Positions 30,514-38,968 of a stretch of 64,000 bases of DNA are shown one piece after another (the stretch's first letter is position 1; each line of letters starts with the position of its first letter). The stretch comes from an uncultured cyanobacterium (GTDB lineage Bacteria; Cyanobacteriota; Cyanobacteriia; Cyanobacteriales; CAWCAG01): NCBI GenBank assembly GCA_963803805.1, contig CAWDOD010000003.1:128001-192000 (forward strand), read 5' to 3'. Position numbers and translations under genes: made by a program. The notes beneath the pieces were generated by a model. It did not search any database, was not told where the DNA came from, and worked only from the letters and a program-made list of their open reading frames with translations.

Positions 30514-33432
30514 TCAAGGTTCATTGATAATTGTCTCCACTATTCCTGACTGCCCATCAATCAAAACTTCCTGCCCATCTTGGAATATTTGGGTAGCATC
30601 GTGAATATCCATCACTGCAGGAATACCGTACTCACGGGCAACAATAGCCCCGTGGGAAAGACGGCCTCCTACTTCTGCAATTAAGCCTCCTGCTTGGGAA
30701 AGTAAGGGTGACCAACCAGAGTCTGTATAAGGAACAACTAAAATAGTTTTTTTATTAACCTCACCTATATTTTGCAAATTTTGCGCCACCTTTACTCTTC
30801 CTCTAAATCGGCCAGGACTTGCACCAATGCCTTGTAATCTTTGACCAGGGGAGATAGAGGTAGGGGAAATGAATGAAGATGCTGGGGTATTGCCGTAGAC
30901 AAGATAGGGGACAGTTGCCAGCTTTTTGTCAGCCTTGAATTGTGATCGCCTCTGGGAAATCAATTGAGGAAGTTGCCCAATTAATTCGGAATTTTCTTCT
31001 GTAATTAAACGGCGAATTTCGCCAATTTTTAGAAAAAAGATATCTCCTTTAACTGCCAGTAATTCTGCGTTCAACCATTGTTTTTCTAAAGCCAAAAAAC
31101 AAGAGCGTAAATGAGCTAATAATTGGCTATAAATCTCTGTAACTAGACCTTTGAGATCGAGTCTTCTTTGGACTAGTTTAACTCGCCAATTCTTTAACCC
31201 AGAAGCCTGAGTTTCTCTTTTCTCATTACCCCTTAGCAAAAATCTAGCAAATAACTCTCTAACTGGTCGAGGATCTTCTTGCCAACGAGGAATAGAAATA
31301 TCCGTTGCTGCTTCACTAAGATAACCGTAACGTTCCAACCATTGATCGAATTGTTCTAAAATGCCAGCCCCATCAGTCATTTCAGCAATCTGGGCAAATA
31401 GGGCAGGGCAACTATCAGAAGCTAAGCGGTTCATGGGCAGTAAATTACGAGTGTTAGCTGCCAAAGTTGCTAAACTATTAACCGCCTCTACTTCTGGAGT
31501 ACTGCTATTATCCAATTGTCCTGGATTAACCTTAAACAATCCCTGTCTAATCGCTAAACTTAAAGGGGCAAAGATACTATAATAAGTTACTTGTTTAAGG
31601 GCTGAGAGAATTTTATCTACTCTTTCTAGAAGTTGGCTAGAAGATAATTGATCAGGGTCTTGAGCGCTAATTTTGACCAGAATTTGGGCAAACTCAAGTT
31701 TATAATCTCTGTCAAAGTCCTTTTCTAAACTTAATTCTCGCTTCAGTAAACGTAGTAAACCAGGTAAGTTGCGCAAAGTTGAACTTAAAGGAGGTTTACT
31801 AAACTTTTCTCCTCTAGTTAAGAATGCCAAACTTTCCGGGGGCAAACCCATGCGTCGGAAAATTTCTCCTAACAGGGTCGCATTAAAATAAGCCCTTTGG
31901 TAATGGAGAGTTGCTGTACGTTTAAAATCTAAATCTTTAGCTTGATCTCCTAAAACCAGAGTAAAAATCTCTCCCCAAACTCCACAGGTAAGGGGACGAT
32001 TAATTGACCAAGTAAGGGGACGAATAATACCTGGTATAACTTCAGCCGCAATTTTACGTGTCCAGATAGGATAAAGAGTGGTTATGGGTCGCGTTTGCAG
32101 CAACCAGAGTCTTTTACCATCATAAGTCCACTCAATATCTTGGGGAATACCGTGGTAACGCTTTTCCAATTCCCTAGCTACCTTAGCAACCCTTTGCAAA
32201 ACGTTGGGGGGAACATCTCCTGTACCTTCAATTACTGAATCTTTTAGTTGATTAGTTTTATCCTGGGAATTCAATTTTTGAGGATAAACTCGATATTGCT
32301 GCGGAGTTACCTGCCCGGAAACAACTTGAACTGCATCCCCTGGTAAAGCTTCAATCACCACTGCTTGATTAAGCTGATCTACTGGATCACGACTAAAGGC
32401 AACTCCAGAAAAGACACCTTGGATCTGTTTTTGTACCAACACTGCCATCGAAGTATCTTCTTGACTCCGATCATCACGATACTTAACAGCAGCAGGAACA
32501 TTATAAGAAGCAAGACAGTCAAGAATAGCTGTTGACAAAGCCGTTTTATCAGTAACATTCAAAACAGATAGATACTGCCCTGCTGCTGAAGCAGCCACAG
32601 AATCTTCCCCAAGGGCAGAAGAACGAACTACCAAAGGATTAGTCTGTGAAGGTTGTAAAAAACTTACCAAGGGTTGAGAATCATCCCCTGGAAGTAAAAC
32701 CCAACCTGGGGGAATGTTATAACCCCAACTTTTCAATTGAGATAAATTAGCAGCTTTTTCCCCCACCTTAAAGGGGTCAAGTTTTTGATTAAGAGAAATA
32801 ATAGCGCGATCGCCTCTAAAAAAACGAAACATCTTCTGTGACTCCACCTTTCCTTCAGTAGCTGGTAAATCTAAATCATCAGGAATTTGTTGGTATATCC
32901 AGAAGATTAAACCAGAAAGGGCGATCGCCCCCCAAATTCTTTCTGGTTCATGGCTATGACGTAACCCTAAAATTAAAGGTAGTAAAATTAAAACACTGAT
33001 ACGCCCAGATTCCCGTTGCCGCAGAATCGTAAAACTAATACCACCTAATAGGAAAATAAAAGCCGCAGTGATGGGATCATGAACTACTATACCCCAAACA
33101 ACATTGGTAGTCCCTGCCCCCTTCCCCATCCAATAACGTCCCATGATTAAGGCAATTAAAGCCACTAATTCCCAAACAGCTTCCGTGGGGAAAAAGTAGC
33201 GGGCTAGCAAAACAGCAGCAATACCTTTACAAGCTTCTGATAAAACGCTTAAAATACCAACAACTTTACCGCCATGATAAAAAGCTGCCGACACAGAAAC
33301 ATTACCTGTACCTAGTTGCCGAAGATTCTTCCCGGTTAAAGCAGAAGTTAGCCAAGCAATTAGGGGTAATCCTCCTAACAAAGGACAGACGATGAGAATT
33401 AGTAGTAAACCCCAAACCTGTGTCAATGTCAT
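30514..33432 (-). CDS. PlsY-like membrane domain fused to a PEP-utilising dikinase-type enzyme (ATP-grasp plus phospho-His domain)
   Basis: LRQLGTGNV and EACKG (PlsY-like); VGEKAANL, VVRSSALGEDS and DIEW...QTRPIT (ATP-grasp); GGRLSHGAIVAREYGIPAV (His domain). Confidence 0.85.
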   Translation of the reverse strand: MTLTQVWGLLLILIVCPLLGGLPLIAWLTSALTGKNLRQLGTGNVSVSAAFYHGGKVVGILSVLSEACKGIAAVLLARYFFPTEAVWELVALIALIMGRYWMGKGAGTTNVVWGIVVHDPITAAFIFLLGGISFTILRQRESGRISVLILLPLILGLRHSHEPERIWGAIALSGLIFWIYQQIPDDLDLPATEGKVESQKMFRFFRGDRAIISLNQKLDPFKVGEKAANLSQLKSWGYNIPPGWVLLPGDDSQPLVSFLQPSQTNPLVVRSSALGEDSVAASAAGQYLSVLNVTDKTALSTAILDCLASYNVPAAVKYRDDRSQEDTSMAVLVQKQIQGVFSGVAFSRDPVDQLNQAVVIEALPGDAVQVVSGQVTPQQYRVYPQKLNSQDKTNQLKDSVIEGTGDVPPNVLQRVAKVARELEKRYHGIPQDIEWTYDGKRLWLLQTRPITTLYPIWTRKIAAEVIPGIIRPLTWSINRPLTCGVWGEIFTLVLGDQAKDLDFKRTATLHYQRAYFNATLLGEIFRRMGLPPESLAFLTRGEKFSKPPLSSTLRNLPGLLRLLKRELSLEKDFDRDYKLEFAQILVKISAQDPDQLSSSQLLERVDKILSALKQVTYYSIFAPLSLAIRQGLFKVNPGQLDNSSTPEVEAVNSLATLAANTRNLLPMNRLASDSCPALFAQIAEMTDGAGILEQFDQWLERYGYLSEAATDISIPRWQEDPRPVRELFARFLLRGNEKRETQASGLKNWRVKLVQRRLDLKGLVTEIYSQLLAHLRSCFLALEKQWLNAELLAVKGDIFFLKIGEIRRLITEENSELIGQLPQLISQRRSQFKADKKLATVPYLVYGNTPASSFISPTSISPGQRLQGIGASPGRFRGRVKVAQNLQNIGEVNKKTILVVPYTDSGWSPLLSQAGGLIAEVGGRLSHGAIVAREYGIPAVMDIHDATQIFQDGQEVLIDGQSGIVETIINEP

Positions 33433-33788
33433 AATTTAAGGTAATAGGTTTTTAAGCAAAGCGTCTATTTTATAACTTCATTCTATAGTGATATCAAAAA
33501 GCTTCGAGATTAAAGGAGAAAGGAGATGGTGCGTTTTCATTTCTAACATTTTGTTTGAGAGCAAGGTTTTAAGTTAAGAAACGCTCCCCATAATATCTCT
33601 ACTATTAATGGTAAGTTGGAAGGCAATAAAGACTCCTCTTAAGAAACACAAGCTAAAACCACGATAAAATCGTAGGTATTGTCAAGAAGTGTTTCTTCCC
33701 AAACATTGGGGTGCAGATTTTCACCCTGTTCCCTGCTCCCTGCACCGTGAGGTGCTAAGAAAGTGTTAGTTTTCGTGAGGCGGTCATC

Positions 33789-34400
33789 ATGATTGCAGTT
33801 GTTGATAAAAAGCCTGTCTCATTTGATGAGTTTATTGGTTGGTATCCAGAAAGTTCTGAGAATAAGTATGAATTAAGACGAGGAGTAATTGTAGAAATGC
33901 CTAAACCTCGTGGTAAGCACTCCAGATTAGCAGGTGACTTGGCATTCGATCTGGGTCTGCTCATTAGGCAGGCAAACCGACCCTATTTCATCCCCAAAGA
34001 ATGTGTGATCAAAATTGCCAATAATACAGGCTATGAACCTGACATTATTATTTTAGATGAAGAAGCAATTGTAGCCGAACCTCGTTGGGAACGTGAGTCA
34101 ATTGTTACCTTAAGTGAATCAATAAAATTAGTTGTAGAAGTAGTCTCAACTAACTGGCGGGATGACTATCTTTTCAAGCTGGCAGATTACGAGGCCCTTG
34201 GCATTCAAGAATATTGGCTGGTGGACTATTTAGGGCTTGGTGGTCGGCGCTATATTGGTTCACCGAAGCGTCCTACTTTTACTGTTTGCACTTTGGTAGA
34301 TGGGGAATATGAGTTGCATCAGTTTCGTGGTGATGAGCGTATCATTTCTCCCACTTTTCCAAACTGGGAATTGACAGTAGACCAACTATTTAATCGATAA
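33789..34400 (+). CDS. Uma2 family endonuclease
   Basis: YELRRGVIVEM, YEPDI, VVEVVSTNWRDDY, GIQEYWLVD. Confidence 0.9.
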   Translation: MIAVVDKKPVSFDEFIGWYPESSENKYELRRGVIVEMPKPRGKHSRLAGDLAFDLGLLIRQANRPYFIPKECVIKIANNTGYEPDIIILDEEAIVAEPRWERESIVTLSESIKLVVEVVSTNWRDDYLFKLADYEALGIQEYWLVDYLGLGGRRYIGSPKRPTFTVCTLVDGEYELHQFRGDERIISPTFPNWELTVDQLFNR

Positions 34401-34550
34401 TACCTTCAGCATTCATATAGCTATCTAAGCCCTGTATATGAGAATACTCTTGTAGCAAAAATACATAGCTAGTAATCCCAAATATATATCCTGTTAAGCT
34501 TAAGATCAAAAGTTATAATAACTATTGCTCAGCAACTCCCACTCAGAATC

Positions 34551-35210
34551 ATGGTTCAAGCTCCCATAACTTCCTCTACAACACTCTATCCTGATTCTGA
34601 CGGTAAACCAATGGCTGAAAACACGGTGCAGTATGGTTGGATAGTCCGCTTAGTAACTAACCTCAAGCAATTATTAAAGGATGAGACTGCTTTTGTGGCT
34701 GGAGACTTGCTCTGGTATCCAGTGCCGGTAGAAACTCCCCCTGCACCTTGTCAAGCACCGGATGCAATGGTGGCTTTGGGTCGTCCTGATGGAGACAGAG
34801 GTAGCTACAAACAGTGGGAGGAAGAGAACATTGCGCCCCAAGTAGTATTCGAGATTCTTTCACCGAGCAACACTAGGAAAGAAATGCTTTCCAAGCAAGC
34901 TTTTTATGAGAAGTATGGAGTTTTAGAGATGTTTTTCTATGACCCAGATACTCAGGACTTCTGGGGTTTTGCCCGTGAGAGTCGGGAGGGAAATTTTTCC
35001 TTAGTTACACCTCTACATTTACCTTGGACTTCAACCGTATTGGGGATCAGATTTGAGTTGTACTCAGATGGTTTAGCAGTATTTTATCCAGATGGGGAAA
35101 GGTTCAAAGATCCAGGAGAGTTTGCCCAGGAGCGCGACCAAGCTCAAGCGGAGCGTGACCGGGCATTTGCTAAGCTCCGTGAGTTGGGGATTGATCCGAA
35201 TACGCTCTAA
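34551..35210 (+). CDS. Uma2 family endonuclease
   Basis: YPDSDGKPMAEN, APDAMV, PQVVFEILSP; LRELGIDP tail. Confidence 0.9.
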   Translation: MVQAPITSSTTLYPDSDGKPMAENTVQYGWIVRLVTNLKQLLKDETAFVAGDLLWYPVPVETPPAPCQAPDAMVALGRPDGDRGSYKQWEEENIAPQVVFEILSPSNTRKEMLSKQAFYEKYGVLEMFFYDPDTQDFWGFARESREGNFSLVTPLHLPWTSTVLGIRFELYSDGLAVFYPDGERFKDPGEFAQERDQAQAERDRAFAKLRELGIDPNTL

Positions 35211-35244
35211 AAGCTTGTCTACTAACCTAAAATGTAGCGGGTAA

Positions 35245-35311
35245 GGTGGGTGGGCAAACTACGTCAATTTAACAATTAATTTCACCAATTATATCCATTT
35301 GCCCACCCTAC
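35245..35311. repeat. REP-like palindrome (GTAG/CTAC type)
   Basis: gggtgggcaaa...tttgcccaccctac, an 11-bp perfect stem; followed by a 20-bp tandem duplication ctacaagat..gcgatc.ca (35308-35347). Confidence 0.55.
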
Positions 35312-35580
35312 AAGATATGCGATCACACTACAAGATCCGCGATCGCACTTAACAACGCTCCTCTCCTTTATATGGTTTCCAAAAGTATTTCGGTTTAAAA
35401 GGTACAAAACCTGGAGGTTGGTTTAGATATTCGTATATCTCCTCAGATACTACTAATCCATTAAAAGGTATATCAGTAAGACTATCCATGTCCAATAGCT
35501 CATGGTAGTACCTAAATTCATCTACTTCTACACCAACTAATGCGTATCGGAAGTCGTTAGCTGAACGTAAATGTTGATAC

Positions 35581-36592
35581 ACGTGAGTTCGATGAAGTTA
35601 AAAAACAGCAGAAGGAAGTTCAGCTAGGCCTTTGGGGTCAAGGTCAAGGGAAGGCTTTTTGGGCAAGAAAGTATAAGCGATTAGACCAGCTAAGAGATTA
35701 ACCAAAAAATTCCAAACGCTACGGTGTCTTGAATGCTGAATCTGACAGATATTCTTGAGCTGGTCATTAACAGTCTCAATCAGAGAACGCTTACGTAGGA
35801 GAATCTTATCCTGAAGACGCATTAACTTCGGCTTCATATTTTTCTTGCGGTGTGTAATCAGTTGTAGTCTTTGTTCATAGAGTTTCTCAAACAAATCCTG
35901 AGAAATATAACCTCGGTCGCCAAATAACTTACCAATCAAGCCATCAGCCATATCTGGCACAGGGTTACGGTCATCAGTATTACCCTCTGTAAGTTTGAAA
36001 GCAAGCAGCTCACCTTTGTCATTAATAATTAGATGTAGCTTGAAGCCATAATGCCATCCCATAGCATTTTTGCCCCAACCTACCAAACCTTCAAAAACAC
36101 GGTGGCTTTTGGAGCGATTCGGGTGGCAGACCTCAATGGGGGTAGAATCAATAAAGCTGATGCCGGTAATTTCTCCTCGAAGAGTATGTAGAAAACAGCA
36201 AAGAAGCATTAAGCTCCACGGCATTAGCTCTACGAATCGAGTGTAACTGACCAAGTTGGGAAAAGCTTTCTTCCAGTAAGGCAAGACTTGTAGAGTGTAA
36301 AATTCTTTAAAAGTGCGAAATCCCGAACCATGAAAGGCAATGACAATGGTCATCACTTCGCTTAGGCTTAGGCGGGAGCGACATAGACGCTCTCCACAAG
36401 TTGCTGTTAACATTGGCTGTTGTTGCCAATGCCTCTCAAACCTTTGATAAAAGTCATCTACCTGACAGAATATTTGGGTGATATCGAGACGAGATACAAT
36501 ATTGGACATAGCATCAGATTCTGATTAAGATTCATTTTCAGCATACCTCTGATGCTTTTCTTTTCTCTCTTTTTCCTCCGTCGAACTCACGT
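35581..36592 (-). mobile_element. IS982 family insertion sequence (1012 bp)
   Basis: Perfect 12-bp TIR ACGTGAGTTCGA at both ends; direct repeat TGATAC at 35575-35580 and 36593-36598. Confidence 0.92.
35598..36509 (-). CDS. IS982 family DDE transposase
   Basis: SEVMTI, SYTRF, FIDSTP, YGFKLH, GDRGYIS, KRSLIETVNDQLK. Confidence 0.93.
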   Translation of the reverse strand: MSNIVSRLDITQIFCQVDDFYQRFERHWQQQPMLTATCGERLCRSRLSLSEVMTIVIAFHGSGFRTFKEFYTLQVLPYWKKAFPNLVSYTRFVELMPWSLMLLCCFLHTLRGEITGISFIDSTPIEVCHPNRSKSHRVFEGLVGWGKNAMGWHYGFKLHLIINDKGELLAFKLTEGNTDDRNPVPDMADGLIGKLFGDRGYISQDLFEKLYEQRLQLITHRKKNMKPKLMRLQDKILLRKRSLIETVNDQLKNICQIQHSRHRSVWNFLVNLLAGLIAYTFLPKKPSLDLDPKGLAELPSAVF

Positions 36593-36884
36593 TGATACAG
36601 CAAATGACCTAACTCTGTCATCATGTAGGCATCTTGGAAAGTGTGTACGCCACACTCACTAATTCCTTGAGGATAAACATTACACCACCAATCTACTGAA
36701 GAATTTTCTTCTGTGTGATGAACACTCACTTGACAATCAAATTTGCGTCCGTCTGGTAGCAGCAAATCTAATCCTGTAAAGTGTTTAGCGAGCGCTTCTG
36801 CTTGTGGCTCAGAGTTACATTCAACACAAAGACTAAATAACCAACCCATATATTTTAGAATCGATATTTGACTATACCCAGCTT

Positions 36885-37487
36885 TCACGAAGTTTCATAG
36901 CGTATCCAGTGACGGCTGATAGCTTTATCCAACTCTCCGAAAGGATATTCTTCTTCATAAGACTCCTTTAAGGCTAACAAGAAGGTCAGAACTGCCTTTC
37001 CTTCTTCAGGGGTCAAACTTTCGAAGCGCTCATGAAACGCGGCTAGTGACTCACCAGAGTCGAACGATTCTAATGCCTGTTTCCTGTTCAGTTCCAGAAT
37101 ATCATCCGGGAGACCGGGAGAACACTGAGCAAGATAGTTATAGCTTTCTACTATATCATTGCGAGATAGCTTGGTAAGTATATCTATCAGTGCATCTACA
37201 AAAATACGGACGGAGTAGAATGATTTTAGGGAATAGTAGAGGAAAGCAGGTAAAAAATATAGCAATGCCTCCGGAGTCAGCGCTACAATATCACCTCCTA
37301 TTTCATAACGCATCTCCTGAGCAGTAAGTTCTATGGGGGTTATCGTAGCTAGAAACTGACCCAATTTTTTATATTCGTACTGCACTAGGGGTTCTGGTGC
37401 TAATATCTGAGTAGCTAGGGGTCGAGGGCGTGAGGCAAAGGCATTAAAGAAATATGCTTTCAGGTCTTTGTCAGGAGGTATTTGCAT
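36885..37487 (-). CDS. Hypothetical protein, candidate cognate immunity protein (DUF6714-like)
   Basis: Lies 16 bp downstream of the toxin gene; LTPEALLYFLPAFL motif; the family call is from memory and unverified. Confidence 0.6.
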   Translation of the reverse strand: MQIPPDKDLKAYFFNAFASRPRPLATQILAPEPLVQYEYKKLGQFLATITPIELTAQEMRYEIGGDIVALTPEALLYFLPAFLYYSLKSFYSVRIFVDALIDILTKLSRNDIVESYNYLAQCSPGLPDDILELNRKQALESFDSGESLAAFHERFESLTPEEGKAVLTFLLALKESYEEEYPFGELDKAISRHWIRYETS

Positions 37488-37503
37488 ATCATCGCGAGAT
37501 TAT

Positions 37504-38826
37504 CTAGTGTGCTTGTTGAATTTGCTTCCGGATTGACTCAAGCGCCACTATCACTGCTGCAATCCCTGCTGATATAGCACCAACTGCAACCACGGCTTGA
37601 ATGGCTTTCCCAAGTGCAATAATTGCAATAATAAGTCCAACTATTGCAGCAATAGTTAATCCTGCTTCGATGAGCTGCCGAGAGCGTTCGACCACTTCCT
37701 GCATAGCTCCGACTAATTCTTGTGGACATTTATACTTGTCGAAGTTCCTATAGCAACGCATCATGTTGTTGTTTAGTTGTGTTATGTGCTCACGATGTTT
37801 TCTATTACCGCCCCTAAAGCATTTAGTCATTATCACAGTCCGTGCTGAAAGTTCTGCTGCAATAGCAGCTATCTTAGTTGCTAGAGTTGGGCAGTCGTCC
37901 TTATTACTGCATCCACCAAGTTGACCTTTGACTTTTTTAGTTGCCTCTACTGCTGCCCGCAAAGCCTTATATTCCAGATCACTACAGTCTCCTGGAGGCT
38001 TCATACCATCACCAGGATAAAGTTGTACTAATTGACTTACCGCCATCTCGGTGTTTGTTTTTTTACTTTGAATATTTGTATTGCTGCGCTCATTAATAGA
38101 CTGTTGTTGAATGCCTGGTGCAGATCCTTGTTGCACCACATGGGTCAACTCATGGGCAACCAACTTCTGCCCCTCAAGACTCCCAGGATTATACTCGCCT
38201 TGCTTAAAAAAGATATCCTGCCCCGTAGCAAACGCCCGTGAATGCAAAGAGCGATTTAACTGATTAGCATTACCATCAGTATGTACCTTCACCCCACTAA
38301 AATCTGCTCCAAAAACCCGCTCCATCGGCTTCTTAATCTTCTCAGATAGCCCCTGACCACTACCCCTTGCTCCTTGGATACTTTGCTCCACACCAGGGTC
38401 AACTCCTCCCCCAGCAACTCCACCATGACGCATCACCGTTGGTTTAACTACTGGTTCTACTTTTGTTTGTACTGATTCATTAAAGCCAGGAGAATTAATC
38501 TGTTTAACCACCTTTGCTGCTGTGGCATCAGCTTCCTGTTCATACTTATCCCCTGGTTCCCCTACCGTTAACTTAGTTTGTACCTCTAAGTTTTCTTCTT
38601 TCTCCTGACCTTCACAAGCATCACACTTAGTTTGAATAGAATTACTCAAATAACTTTTACCTACCTCAGAAGCAATTGGCCGCTGCCAACCTGCCGTTTC
38701 TTCGGTACTCTGCCATCTGCCCGTTGCTGGTTGAATACCAACCGTAGGTGGTTTAAAGGAGGAAGATGGGGGGGAATGACTGGGAGGAGTCCAGTGAGAA
38801 GACTTGCTGGTGTGGGTTTTACTCAT
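37504..38826 (-). CDS. DUF4157 (eCIS core) domain polymorphic toxin with an Ntox16-like tip and a hydrophobic tail
   Basis: VQTKLTVGEPGDKYEQEAD; FGADFSGVKVHTD...RAFATGQDIFF...AHELTHVVQQ (HExxH); tip PPGDC...C...C...AR...KCFRGG..H...C. Confidence 0.85.
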   Translation of the reverse strand: MSKTHTSKSSHWTPPSHSPPSSSFKPPTVGIQPATGRWQSTEETAGWQRPIASEVGKSYLSNSIQTKCDACEGQEKEENLEVQTKLTVGEPGDKYEQEADATAAKVVKQINSPGFNESVQTKVEPVVKPTVMRHGGVAGGGVDPGVEQSIQGARGSGQGLSEKIKKPMERVFGADFSGVKVHTDGNANQLNRSLHSRAFATGQDIFFKQGEYNPGSLEGQKLVAHELTHVVQQGSAPGIQQQSINERSNTNIQSKKTNTEMAVSQLVQLYPGDGMKPPGDCSDLEYKALRAAVEATKKVKGQLGGCSNKDDCPTLATKIAAIAAELSARTVIMTKCFRGGNRKHREHITQLNNNMMRCYRNFDKYKCPQELVGAMQEVVERSRQLIEAGLTIAAIVGLIIAIIALGKAIQAVVAVGAISAGIAAVIVALESIRKQIQQAH

Positions 38827-38968
38827 AAAACCTCTGGGAATGTAGGAGAAAAAGTATAACTTTTTGTTGCTTTTAAGGTTATCTAATTTCTTTTAAGCTA
38901 ATACTTTGACTAAATATATCTTAACGTCAGTATTCATAGGGAACTAAAACTTTTGGGAGAGAAAAGTA

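Larger units (their letters stand above)
35349..36849 (-). pseudogene. Hypothetical (candidate immunity) gene interrupted by IS982
   Basis: Removing 35581..36592 and one TGATAC restores the in-frame sequence ...TELGHLLYQHLRSANDFRYALVGVEVDEFR... Confidence 0.85.

Noticed and set aside
33433-33788. Possible ncRNA or tRNA in the long intergenic region
   Set aside because: No cloverleaf, riboswitch or convincing ORF was recognised
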